Shown here piece after piece: positions 26,423 through 37,690 of a stretch of 64,000 nucleotides of DNA; position 1 is the first letter of the stretch, and each line of letters opens with the position of its first letter. The notes under the pieces are model-generated. The model did not search any database. It saw nothing but the letters and a program-made list of their open reading frames with translations, and had not been told where the DNA came from. The stretch is from Burkholderiales bacterium (GTDB lineage Bacteria > Pseudomonadota > Gammaproteobacteria > Burkholderiales > Burkholderiaceae_C): NCBI GenBank assembly GCA_043738425.1, contig JAYUGJ010000121.1:36896-100895 (forward strand). The letters run 5' to 3'. The position numbers and the translations under genes were made by a program.

Positions 26423-26639
26423 AGATTTCGTCGCGTGTGAAATAGGGCGTGCCGTCAGAGTTCCAACCGCGCGGCTGATTGAGCCACTCGTTCATCGCTC
26501 GCTCGTACGCATCGTCGTGCCGCATCTTCTCGGCCAGCATCTCGCCGATCAACGTCGACACGCTGGTGTTGCGCCGCGCGGCTTCGATGCGCGCCCAGTT
26601 GGCGACGCTTTCTTCCATGCTCACGGTGACGTTTTTCAT
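26394..26639 (-). CDS. vapB: type II antitoxin, ribbon-helix-helix (CopG/VapB-like)
   Basis: The internal ATG at 26639 is preceded by GGGAG with a 6-nt spacer. The 81-aa product begins MKNVTVSMEESVANWARIEAARRNTSVSTLIGEMLAEKM. It overlaps the vapC start by 29 nt. Confidence 0.7.
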   Translation of the reverse strand: MKNVTVSMEESVANWARIEAARRNTSVSTLIGEMLAEKMRHDDAYERAMNEWLNQPRGWNSDGTPYFTRDEIYAERFDRFR

Positions 26640-26703
26640 GCTGCGCTCCCGACCCGAAAGGGCACAAGTTTCGTGACTTACGAAGTTCGTGTCCACCGTC
26701 GCT

Positions 26704-28059
26704 TTACTTTTTGAGCCGCATTTCAGCCGCTTGCGCATGCGCTTGCAGACCTTCGCCGTAGGCCAATTCGGCCGCAATCACACCCAAGGTTTGCGCGCCA
26801 GCTTCGCTGACCTCGATCAGGCTGCTGCGCTTTTGGAAGTCGTAGACGCCCAGCGGCGACGAAAAGCGCGCGGTGCCCGAGGTGGGCAGCACGTGGTTCG
26901 GGCCGGCGCAGTAGTCGCCCAAACTTTCGCTGGTGTAGGCACCCAAAAAAATCGCACCCGCGTGGCGCAACCGCGGCTCCCAGCGGTGCGGCTCACGCGA
27001 ACTCACTTCAAGGTGTTCGGGCGCAATGCGGTTGCTGATTTCGCAGGCTTCTTCCATGCTGCGGGTTTTGATCAGCGCGCCGCGGCCTACCAGTGAGGCG
27101 CGAATCACCTCGCGGCGCGGCATGGCGTCGATCAGTCGGTCGATCTCGACTTGCACGCGGGCAATGAAGGCGGCATCCGGACACAACAAGATGCTTTGCG
27201 CCAATTCGTCGTGTTCAGCCTGGCTGAACAAATCCATCGCCACCCACTCGGCCGGCGTGCTGCCATCGGCCAGCACCAAAATTTCGCTCGGGCCGGCAAT
27301 CATGTCGATGCCGACCTTGCCGAACACACGACGTTTGGCGCTCGCAACGTACGCATTGCCGGGGCCGGTGATCTTGTCGACCGCAGGCACGGTCGCGGTG
27401 CCATAGGCCAATGCCGCCACCGCCTGCGCGCCGCCGATGGTGAACACGCGGTCCACGCCGGCCACCGCCGCCGCAGCCAGCACTAGCTGGTTTTTATCGA
27501 CCGTGGCGTGGTCGGCCGATCCATCGCGGCGCGCCGGCGTCGGCACCACCATCACGATCTCGCCCACACCGGCCACCTTGGCGGGCAGCGCATTCATCAA
27601 CACGCTGGATGGGTAGGCGGCTTTGCCACCGGGCACGTAAATGCCGACCCGGTCGAGCGGCGTGACTTTCTGGCCGAGCAGCGTGCCGTCGGCGTCGCGG
27701 TAGCTCCACGAGCGGCCGCAGGCCTCGAGCTGGCGCTGGTGGTAGTCGCGCACCCTGTCGGCTGCCGCATGCAGCGCTGCGCGTTGCGCCGGCGTGATCG
27801 CCGCCAGTGCCGCATGCAATTCGGCGTGGCCGATCTCGAGCGCCGCGACCGAGGCGGCTTTGACGCCATCGAAGCGTTCGGTGTACTCGAGCACCGCAGC
27901 ATCGCCGCGCTGTTGCACGTCGGCCAGGATGGCGGCCACGCGTTCTTCAATCGCACCATCGGTCGCGGCCGACCAGTGCAACACGCGCTCGAACTCGGCG
28001 GTGAAGTCGGTGGCAGCGGTATCGAGGTGGCGAATGTGTACGGGTAGGCGAGCGGTCAT
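26704..28059 (-). CDS. hisD: histidinol dehydrogenase HisD
   Basis: 451 aa, with full-length HisD blocks ([32 protein letters not shown]). Confidence 0.95.
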   Translation of the reverse strand: MTARLPVHIRHLDTAATDFTAEFERVLHWSAATDGAIEERVAAILADVQQRGDAAVLEYTERFDGVKAASVAALEIGHAELHAALAAITPAQRAALHAAADRVRDYHQRQLEACGRSWSYRDADGTLLGQKVTPLDRVGIYVPGGKAAYPSSVLMNALPAKVAGVGEIVMVVPTPARRDGSADHATVDKNQLVLAAAAVAGVDRVFTIGGAQAVAALAYGTATVPAVDKITGPGNAYVASAKRRVFGKVGIDMIAGPSEILVLADGSTPAEWVAMDLFSQAEHDELAQSILLCPDAAFIARVQVEIDRLIDAMPRREVIRASLVGRGALIKTRSMEEACEISNRIAPEHLEVSSREPHRWEPRLRHAGAIFLGAYTSESLGDYCAGPNHVLPTSGTARFSSPLGVYDFQKRSSLIEVSEAGAQTLGVIAAELAYGEGLQAHAQAAEMRLKK

Positions 28060-28097
28060 GGCGGTACTGCGGGGCTGAACGAATGGGGTGGAAAAAA

Positions 28098-30148
<2,051 letters not shown>

Positions 30149-30430
30149 TCAGTGGTGTGAGGGGGCTGACGCGCGGGCTTCGCGGTCGGGGCCGGCGCTC
30201 CATTCGGCCGGCGTCAGCGTTTTCATCGACAGCGCGTGGATGTCGGCGCGCATTTTTTTGCCCAGCGCGCGGTAAACCAGCTGGTGGCGGGCCACCCGGC
30301 TGGCCCCCTCGAACAGCGGCGACACGATGGTGGCGTAGAAATGGCGACCGTCGCCTTGCACGTCCACATGGTCGCAATGCAGGCCTTGTGCGATGTAGCG
30401 TTGCACGTCGTTCGGAGTGGGTTCAGACAT
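30149..30430 (-). CDS. ibaG: BolA family protein (IbaG/YrbA-like)
   Basis: 93 aa from the ATG at 30430: MSEPTPNDVQRYIAQGLHCDHVDVQGDGRHFYATIVSPLFEG...HALSMKTLTP. It has the conserved position upstream of murA. The rest of the 428-aa track ORF is an out-of-frame overlap with the permease gene. Confidence 0.85.
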   Translation of the reverse strand: MSEPTPNDVQRYIAQGLHCDHVDVQGDGRHFYATIVSPLFEGASRVARHQLVYRALGKKMRADIHALSMKTLTPAEWSAGPDREARASAPSHH

Positions 30431-30453
30431 GCTGAAATTATGGCTCACGGGGT

Positions 30454-31263
30454 TCAGCTGCGGATCTTGTAGCCAGTGCGTAGCAGGTGCAAGCAGAGCG
30501 CGCACACCGCCACCATCGCGACAGAGGCAACCGCTAAACTGAGCCAAGGCGACACATCGCTCGCGCCGAAAAATCCGTACCGAAAACCATCGACCAGATA
30601 GAAAAACGGATTCAGGTGGCTGACCTTTTGCCACAGCGGCGGCAGGCTGTGAATCGAATAAAAAACGCCTGCCAAAAACGTCATCGGCATGATGATGAAG
30701 TTTTGGAACGTTGCAATCTGGTCGAACTTTTCGGCCCACAAGCCGGCGATCAAACCCAGCGCACCCATCACCACCGCACCCAGCAGCGTGAACGCAATCA
30801 CCCACAGCGGCTGCGCCAGCTGCAACGGCGCAAACCACATCGTGACCGCCAACACGCCGATGCCCACCGCCACGCCGCGCACCAGCGATGCACCGACGTA
30901 GGCGACAAACCAGGCCCAGTGCGACAGCGGCGCGACCAGCAAGAACACCAGGTTGCCGCTCAACTTGCTTTGGATCAGCGACGAGCTGCCGTTGGCAAAC
31001 GCGTTTTGCAGCACGCCCATCATCACCAGGCCGGGGATCAAAAAACTGCCGTAGCCGACACCGGCAAACGGCTGCACGTGGTCTTGCAACACCTGGCCAA
31101 AAATCAGCAAATACAGCACCGAGGTGAGCACCGGCGCGGCCACCGTTTGAAACGCGACCTTCCAAAAGCGCAGCACTTCTTTCGTGAACAAGGTGCGCGC
31201 ACCCGACAACCGGTGCATCGCGGGCAGCTCGGCAAGCGCCGCTGGCGCAGACGGCTGCGTCAT
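30454..31263 (-). CDS. ABC-2 type transporter permease
   Basis: 269 aa with six predicted hydrophobic segments. It overlaps the upstream ATPase gene by 4 nt. Confidence 0.85.
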   Translation of the reverse strand: MTQPSAPAALAELPAMHRLSGARTLFTKEVLRFWKVAFQTVAAPVLTSVLYLLIFGQVLQDHVQPFAGVGYGSFLIPGLVMMGVLQNAFANGSSSLIQSKLSGNLVFLLVAPLSHWAWFVAYVGASLVRGVAVGIGVLAVTMWFAPLQLAQPLWVIAFTLLGAVVMGALGLIAGLWAEKFDQIATFQNFIIMPMTFLAGVFYSIHSLPPLWQKVSHLNPFFYLVDGFRYGFFGASDVSPWLSLAVASVAMVAVCALCLHLLRTGYKIRS

Positions 31264-32279
31264 GCGGCCACCGGTGCGGCGGGCACTGCGGGCTGAACGG
31301 CACTCTCAGCGGCCGACGCGCCTTGCATGATTTCCAAAAACACATCTTCCAGGTCAGCGCGGCCGATCTCCAGGTCTTCGATGCGCACCTGTGCCAGGCG
31401 CAGCCGCAGCAGCAGCGACTCGACTTCCGCGGCATCGTGTGCGGTGATCTGGGCGGCCCGGCCGGTCACCCGCGCAAGTGCGGCCAAGTCACCGGGCAAC
31501 ACGTCGTCGGTCTTGAAGCGCAGCATCGTGCTGGCGGTGCCGGCCAGCAGCGCCGAGGTGGTGTCGAGTGCGACCACGCGGCCTTGTTTGAGCATCGCAA
31601 TGCGGCCGCACAGCGCTTCGGCTTCTTCCAAATAGTGGGTCGTCAGCAGCACGGTGTGGCCTTCGCGGTTGAGCTTCGAAATAAACGCCCACAAGGTTTG
31701 CCGCAGTTCGACATCGACCCCTGCGGTCGGCTCATCGAGCACGATGACCGGTGGCCGGTGCACCAACGCCAGCGCCACCAGCAAGCGCCGCTTCATGCCG
31801 CCCGACAGCGCGCGCGTATTGGCGTTGGCTTTGTCGGTCAGGCCGAGGTGGTGCAGCAGCTCATCGATCCAGGCGTCGTTGGTGCGGCGGCTGGCGCGCT
31901 GGCCGCTGCGCACCCCGAAATAGCCGCTTTGAATTTGCAACGATTCACGCACCGTGAAAAACGGGTCGTACACCAGCTCTTGCGGCACGATGCCGAGGCT
32001 GCGCCGCGCCGCCGCGTAATCGGTCACCACATCGTGGCCATGCACCGTGACGCGGCCCGAACTGGCGCGCGCGAGACCGGCCAAGATGCTGATCAGCGTG
32101 GTTTTGCCGGCACCGTTGGGGCCGAGCAAGCCGAAGAATTCGCCCGGCTGGATGTCGAATGCGACGTGGTCCAGCGCCTGCACATTTTTTGCCTTGCCGG
32201 CGTAGGTTTTGCTTAGGTCGACAAATGAAATGGCGGCCAGCGAATGCTCGGTGGCTGATGGAGACACGGCGTTATTCAT
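31260..32279 (-). CDS. ABC transporter ATP-binding protein
   Basis: The internal ATG at 32279 is used. It has Walker A (GLLGPNGAGKTT), the signature LSGGMKRRL and Walker B (VIVLDEPT). Confidence 0.9.
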   Translation of the reverse strand: MNNAVSPSATEHSLAAISFVDLSKTYAGKAKNVQALDHVAFDIQPGEFFGLLGPNGAGKTTLISILAGLARASSGRVTVHGHDVVTDYAAARRSLGIVPQELVYDPFFTVRESLQIQSGYFGVRSGQRASRRTNDAWIDELLHHLGLTDKANANTRALSGGMKRRLLVALALVHRPPVIVLDEPTAGVDVELRQTLWAFISKLNREGHTVLLTTHYLEEAEALCGRIAMLKQGRVVALDTTSALLAGTASTMLRFKTDDVLPGDLAALARVTGRAAQITAHDAAEVESLLLRLRLAQVRIEDLEIGRADLEDVFLEIMQGASAAESAVQPAVPAAPVAA

Positions 32280-33369
32280 GCAGCTGCGGATTGTAGGAAT
32301 CGACCGCCAGGGCCTGCAGTGCGCGCTGGCGTTGCTCGATGGGCAGCGCAGCCAGGCGCAGCACTGCGGCATAAAAACGCGGTAAATCGCCACCCAAAGA
32401 AGCCAACAACCGTTCGAACTGCGGCACCAGATCGGTGTACGCCGCCAGCACGCCGAACGAGGCGTTGTTGGCGTGGGCGAACCAGCCGTCGTAACCCGCG
32501 TAGCCCTGCCACGCACCGGCTTTCAATGCGGCGTAGTCGGCTTGCAGCTGCGCCATCAACCGTGCTTTGTCGCGCCGCTTTTCAGCCGGCGTGGCGGCGC
32601 TGGCGTACAGCGCGTCCAACCGTTCCCGCGTACGGCCGGTCAGCGCGCGAAAGTCGTTGCGCCGCGCATCGAGCGCGACGAATTCGGCGCGCGCGGCCTC
32701 ATTGCCGACGGCTGCCAACCAACGCGCGCTGCCTGCGCGCTCTACCGTGGTGGCAAACGATTCATTGAACTCGGTGTCGCCACTGGCGTAGGCCATTTGG
32801 TGCGACAGCTCATGGAATATCAGCCGCGCCAGTTCGCCCTCCGGATAGTTCACAAAAGTGTTGAGCAACGGATCGGCAAAGTAGGCCCCCGGCAGCTTGC
32901 CCAAGGTGGAATACGCCGGCACGCCATACACGCTGACTTCAGCGCCTTGCGCGCGCAACGGCGCGGCATAGGCATCGGCCGCGTCACGCTGGTAATAACC
33001 GCGGTAGGCCACACAGCCGACCACCGCGAAGCACCAGGTTTGCAAACGCAGACTCAACTCGGGTGCCGCCACCACGTTCCACACCGCTGCGCTGCGCTGC
33101 ACATCGGCGTAACGGCGGTAGCTGGCGTTGTCGGGCAGCTTGAGCTCAGTCACCGCATAGTCGCGCAGGCGTTGCGTCAACCGCAACCGCGCTTTCAGTG
33201 CATCGGGCGTGGCGGCATCGGCCAGCCAGTCGGGCACCGGCCGCGCAGCGTGCAACAACTGCAGGTGTCCACTGACCGATTGCGCGTAATAAGTCAGACT
33301 GCTGCAGCCAGTGGCGGCCACGACGCCGAGACTCAAAAAAAACACCGCGCCGAGGGTTCGCAATCGCAT
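32272..33369 (-). CDS. putative zinc aminopeptidase lipoprotein (DUF2265-like, HExxH)
   Basis: The internal ATG at 33369 gives MRLRTLGAVFFLSLGVVAATGC (lipobox). The metal motif is FHELSHQ. Confidence 0.7.
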   Translation of the reverse strand: MRLRTLGAVFFLSLGVVAATGCSSLTYYAQSVSGHLQLLHAARPVPDWLADAATPDALKARLRLTQRLRDYAVTELKLPDNASYRRYADVQRSAAVWNVVAAPELSLRLQTWCFAVVGCVAYRGYYQRDAADAYAAPLRAQGAEVSVYGVPAYSTLGKLPGAYFADPLLNTFVNYPEGELARLIFHELSHQMAYASGDTEFNESFATTVERAGSARWLAAVGNEAARAEFVALDARRNDFRALTGRTRERLDALYASAATPAEKRRDKARLMAQLQADYAALKAGAWQGYAGYDGWFAHANNASFGVLAAYTDLVPQFERLLASLGGDLPRFYAAVLRLAALPIEQRQRALQALAVDSYNPQLHE

Positions 33370-33460
33370 CGAATCATCATGGCACAGGCGCTTGGCTACA
33401 CTGATTTTCCGACGCCTGCCGAGCCGTTTCCCGCAGCGTCGTTGCAGCCGGATTTTCGCA

Positions 33461-34666
33461 ATGCACCTGATCCAAACCATCGTTGCCAACGCGCCCGCCA
33501 TCACTGCGCTGCGGCGCGACCTGCATGCACACCCTGAACTGTGCTTTGAAGAGCTGCGCACCTCCGATCTGATTGCGCAGCAGCTCACCGAGTGGGGCAT
33601 ACCGATTCATCGCGGACTGGCGAAAACCGGCGTGGTTGCGGTGTTGAAGAACGGCAACTCGCAGCGCGCGGTGGGTTTGCGCGCCGACATGGACGCACTA
33701 CCGATGACCGAGCGCAACACCTTCGCGCATGCCAGCCGACATGCCGGCCGCATGCACGCCTGCGGTCACGACGGCCACACCGCGATGTTGCTGGCAGCGG
33801 CTAAACACCTGGCACAACACCGCCACTTCGACGGCACGGTGTACCTGGTGTTTCAGCCGGCCGAAGAAGGCGGTGGCGGTGCGCGCGAAATGATCGCCGA
33901 CGGCTTGTTCGAGCGGTTCCCGATGGAAGCGATCTTCGGGGTGCACAACTGGCCCGGCTTGGCGGTCGGCCAGTTCGCCATCAAGCCCGGTCCGTGCTTT
34001 GCCAGCAGCAACGAATTTCGCATCACCGTGCAGGGCAAAGGCACGCACGCAGCGATGCCGGACCTGGGCCTCGACCCGGTGCCGGTGGCTTGCCAACTGG
34101 TGCAGGCGCTGCAAACCATCGTCAGCCGCAACCTGCGGCCGATCGATGCCGGCGTGGTGTCGGTGACCATGCTGCGCGCAGGCGTCGCCACCAACGTGGT
34201 GCCCGACAGCTGCGAGCTGCAGGGCACGGTGCGCACCTTCACGCTGGCGGTGCTCGACCTGATCGAGCACCGCATGCGTGAGATTGCGCAGCACACCTGC
34301 GCCGCATTCGGCATGACCTGCAATGTCGACTTCAAACGCAACTACCCACCGACCATCAACCACCCGCGCGAAACCGCATTTGCACGCCGCGTGATGACCG
34401 ACCTGGTGGGCACCGACAACGTGCTCGACTTCGAGCCGACGATGGGTGCCGAAGACTTCAGCTATTACCTGCAAAAAATCCCCGGCGCGTATTTCGTGAT
34501 CGGCAACGGCGATGTCGGCGGCGCGCACCGGCAGTCCGGCCACGGCATGGGCCCGTGCATGCTGCACAACCCGAGCTACGACTTCAATGATGCGTTGATT
34601 CCACTGGGTGCCACGCTGTGGGTGCGCATGGCCGAACAGTGGCTGGCCGCGCCGCCACCCGGTTGA
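33461..34666 (+). CDS. M20 family amidohydrolase (N-acyl-L-amino acid amidohydrolase / hippurate hydrolase-like)
   Basis: The internal ATG at 33461 is used. Blocks are LRRDLHAHPEL, MHACGHDGH and FQPAEEGGGGA. Confidence 0.85.
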   Translation: MHLIQTIVANAPAITALRRDLHAHPELCFEELRTSDLIAQQLTEWGIPIHRGLAKTGVVAVLKNGNSQRAVGLRADMDALPMTERNTFAHASRHAGRMHACGHDGHTAMLLAAAKHLAQHRHFDGTVYLVFQPAEEGGGGAREMIADGLFERFPMEAIFGVHNWPGLAVGQFAIKPGPCFASSNEFRITVQGKGTHAAMPDLGLDPVPVACQLVQALQTIVSRNLRPIDAGVVSVTMLRAGVATNVVPDSCELQGTVRTFTLAVLDLIEHRMREIAQHTCAAFGMTCNVDFKRNYPPTINHPRETAFARRVMTDLVGTDNVLDFEPTMGAEDFSYYLQKIPGAYFVIGNGDVGGAHRQSGHGMGPCMLHNPSYDFNDALIPLGATLWVRMAEQWLAAPPPG

Positions 34667-34851
34667 CCAGCGCGCCCCGTTGGCTCGTGCTTCATCACGG
34701 GCGCGGCGCAGTTGGTTGTTGAAACTACCCTGGTCTGATCGGCCCGGGGGTCAGGTCTGCAACGCAGACTGTGTGCGCCGCGCCAGCATGCGCCCGCGGT
34801 ACGGCATCGCCCGGTCGCGGCACAACCTGCCGCCTGCAGCGCCGATGACGA

Positions 34852-36504
34852 TCAACCGCGCAGCCGCGCGATCAAACCGGCAGTCGACGCGTCGAGGTCG
34901 GCGTGTGGTGCGGTCGCGTCGGCCGGATCTGCGGCCAGGCGCGGCAGCAATTCGCCGCACAGCGACTTGCCCAATTCCACGCCCCACTGGTCGAAGCTGT
35001 TGATGCCCCAGACCGCGCCGCTGGTGAACACGCGGTGTTCGTACAACGCGATCAGCGCGCCCAGGCTGTGCGGGGTCAGGTGTTGAATCAGCAAGGTGGT
35101 GCTGGGGCGGTTGCCGGGAAACGTGCGGTGGCGCGCCAGCGTCTCGGCGTCGATCTCGGCGTCGCTCTCGGCTGAAGCGCTGCGAGGCCGTTCAGCCAGC
35201 GCGTGCGCCGTGGTCTTGCCGCGCATCAGCGCTTGCGATTGCGCCAGCCCATTGGCCAACAGCAGCGTGTGCTGGTGCTCAAGCCGCGTCATCACCTCGT
35301 CACTCGCACCGACGCTGCCAAAGCTCGGCCGCCGCACCAGGATGAATTCGACCGGAACCACATCGCTGCCCTGGTGCAGCATTTGGAAATACGCATGCTG
35401 GCCGTTGGTGCCCGGCTCGCCCCAAATAACCGGGCTGGTGGCGTACGGCAGCAGCTCGCCGGCGCGGTCGACCTGCTTGCCGTTGATTTCCATTTCCAGC
35501 TGCTGCAAATACGCTGGAAAGCGGCGCAAACCGTGGTGGTACGGCGCCAGGTTGCGGCTGGCAGCAGCATGGAAGTTGCGGTACCACACGTCGAGCAAGC
35601 CGAGCAGCAGCGGCACATTCGATGCAAGTGGCGCGTCGCAAAAGTGGCGGTCCATCGCGTGCGCACCGGCGAGCAACTCGCGGAAGTGATCGGCACCAAT
35701 GGCGATGGCAATCGGCAACCCGATGGCCGACCACATCGAATAGCGCCCGCCCACCCAATCCCAAAATCCGAAGGTGGTGGTGATGCCGAACGCCGCGGCC
35801 GCTTCGACCTGCGTGGTGGTGGCAACGAAATGCTGCGCGATGTGGCTGCCGCCTTCAGCTAAAAACCAGGCCCGCGCGGCTTGCGCATTGGCCATGGTTT
35901 CTTGCGTAGTGAAGGTTTTGCTGGCGATGATGAACAGCGTCTCGGCCGGTTTGAGATGCCGCAACACCGACGCGATGTCGTGGCCATCGACATTCGACAC
36001 GAAGTGAAATTGCAGCCCGGGATGCACAAACGCGTCGAGCGCGGGCACCACCATTTGGGGCCCCAGATCGCTGCCGCCGATGCCGATGTTGACGATGTGG
36101 CGGATGCCGCTGGCAGCCGTGTCGCGCACGGTTTCGGCAAACGCCAGCATCGCATCCAGCACGTGGTGGATGTCGGTGCTGTGCGCGCTGCCATCGCGCG
36201 GTGCGCGCAACGCGGTGTGCCACGCCGCGCGGCCTTCGGTGGTGTTGATCGCGGCACCTGCAAACATCGCGTCGCGCTGCGCGGGCACGCCGCACTCACG
36301 CGCCAGGTCGATTAGGTGACGCAGCGTGGCCGCATCGAGGTGGTTCTTCGACAAATCGGCGAACACCTCGGGCGCATCGAAGCTCAACGCAGCAAAGCGG
36401 CCGGCGTCGCGCACGAACGCGTCGCGCAGATCGAAGTCACGGCCATGCGCGCGGTAGTGGCCATGCAGCGCGGCCCATGCCGCAGTGCGGTCGCAGCGGA
36501 TCAT
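34852..36504 (-). CDS. pgi: glucose-6-phosphate isomerase
   Basis: 550 aa. Blocks are IGIGGSDLGP, SKTFTTQET and GGRYSMWSAIG. Confidence 0.95.
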   Translation of the reverse strand: MIRCDRTAAWAALHGHYRAHGRDFDLRDAFVRDAGRFAALSFDAPEVFADLSKNHLDAATLRHLIDLARECGVPAQRDAMFAGAAINTTEGRAAWHTALRAPRDGSAHSTDIHHVLDAMLAFAETVRDTAASGIRHIVNIGIGGSDLGPQMVVPALDAFVHPGLQFHFVSNVDGHDIASVLRHLKPAETLFIIASKTFTTQETMANAQAARAWFLAEGGSHIAQHFVATTTQVEAAAAFGITTTFGFWDWVGGRYSMWSAIGLPIAIAIGADHFRELLAGAHAMDRHFCDAPLASNVPLLLGLLDVWYRNFHAAASRNLAPYHHGLRRFPAYLQQLEMEINGKQVDRAGELLPYATSPVIWGEPGTNGQHAYFQMLHQGSDVVPVEFILVRRPSFGSVGASDEVMTRLEHQHTLLLANGLAQSQALMRGKTTAHALAERPRSASAESDAEIDAETLARHRTFPGNRPSTTLLIQHLTPHSLGALIALYEHRVFTSGAVWGINSFDQWGVELGKSLCGELLPRLAADPADATAPHADLDASTAGLIARLRG

Positions 36505-36531
36505 CGCAGCCGTGCCCTCACCCGGCCGACC

Positions 36532-37551
36532 TCATTTCGCCGCAAGCAAAGTGCCGATGAGGCCGTCGAGCCTGGCCGAATCGGCGGCGAATGCGCGGAT
36601 GCCTTCGGCCAATTTCTCGGTCGCCATCGCGTCGTCGTTGAGCGCGTAACGAAAGCTGGCCTCGGTGTGGTGGATGGCGGTGGCGCTGTCGCCATATCTG
36701 TTGTCAGATCTGTCGCCAGTGCGGTTGTCAGTTCGGTTGTCGATGCCAGCCCCCTGCGCGTCGAGCACCCGCGGCAGCGGTGCACTGCTGGCTTGCAAGC
36801 CGGCCAGCAGCTCCGGGCTGATCGTGAGCAAGTCGCAACCGGCCAGCGCGGTGATCTGACCCAGGTTGCGAAAGCTTGCGCCCATGACTTCGGTCGCGAT
36901 GCCGACGCGCTTGAAATAGCGATAGATCTGCGCCACCGATTGCACGCCTGGATCGTTCGCGCCCGCGTGCGCCGACTCGTCCCACGCCGCACCGGCGGCC
37001 TTCTTGTGCCAGTCGTAGATGCGGCCGACGAATGGCGAGATCAGTTGCACCTTCGCTTCGCCACACGCCGCCGCCTGTGCAAACGCAAACAGCAGCGTCA
37101 GGTTGCAATGGATGCCTTCGGCTTCGAGCGTGCGCGCGGCCTGGATGCCCTCCCAGGTGGCCGCGATCTTGATCAGCACGCGGTCTCGGCCGACGCCCGC
37201 AGCGGAGTACAGCGCGCTGATGCGGCGCGCGCGAGACAGCGTGGCGGCGGTGTCGAAACTCAAGCGCGCATCGACCTCACTCGACACCCGGCCCGGTATG
37301 ACTTTCAATATCTCGAGGCCAAAGCGCACCAGCGTGCGGTCGACGATGTCGTCCAGCGGCGCGCCGCGGTTGGCGTGAACGGTGTCGGTCAACAGCGGCG
37401 CGTAATCGGGCAGCTGCACTGCTTTCAAGATCAGCGACGGGTTGGTGGTCGCGTCGCGCGGCGCGAACGCCGCCAGCTGCAAAAAATTGCCGGTGTCGGC
37501 CACCACCGTGGTGAACTGCTTGAGTTGGTCGAGTTGGTTCATGGAGGGCAT
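36532..37551 (-). CDS. tal: transaldolase
   Basis: Blocks are [28 protein letters not shown] (Schiff-base Lys) and [11 protein letters not shown]. Confidence 0.95.
   Translation of the reverse strand: MPSMNQLDQLKQFTTVVADTGNFLQLAAFAPRDATTNPSLILKAVQLPDYAPLLTDTVHANRGAPLDDIVDRTLVRFGLEILKVIPGRVSSEVDARLSFDTAATLSRARRISALYSAAGVGRDRVLIKIAATWEGIQAARTLEAEGIHCNLTLLFAFAQAAACGEAKVQLISPFVGRIYDWHKKAAGAAWDESAHAGANDPGVQSVAQIYRYFKRVGIATEVMGASFRNLGQITALAGCDLLTISPELLAGLQASSAPLPRVLDAQGAGIDNRTDNRTGDRSDNRYGDSATAIHHTEASFRYALNDDAMATEKLAEGIRAFAADSARLDGLIGTLLAAK
36688..36747. repeat. in-frame 12-nt imperfect tandem repeat (5 units) inside tal
   Basis: The plus strand reads gtcgccatatct gttgtcagatct gtcgccagtgcg gttgtcagttcg gttgtcgatgcc. 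On the coding strand this encodes [20 protein letters not shown]. Confidence 0.65.
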
Positions 37552-37690
37552 GCGCTGATCGATCAGGCTGAATTAGAACCCGAGCCCGCGCGCCGCGGCT
37601 GTAGGAGATGGCCTGCATCCGGCATTCGTGCGCATGTTGAAATGCTTCACGCAATGCATGCGCCTGCGCGCGGGCGAAAGGGCTCCCACG

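Noticed and set aside
30149-31435. A 428-aa ORF suggests a large protein upstream of murA.
   Set aside because: Only its last 93 codons (the BolA-like protein from ATG 30430) are protein-like. The remainder is an out-of-frame overlap of the ABC-2 permease and ATPase genes.
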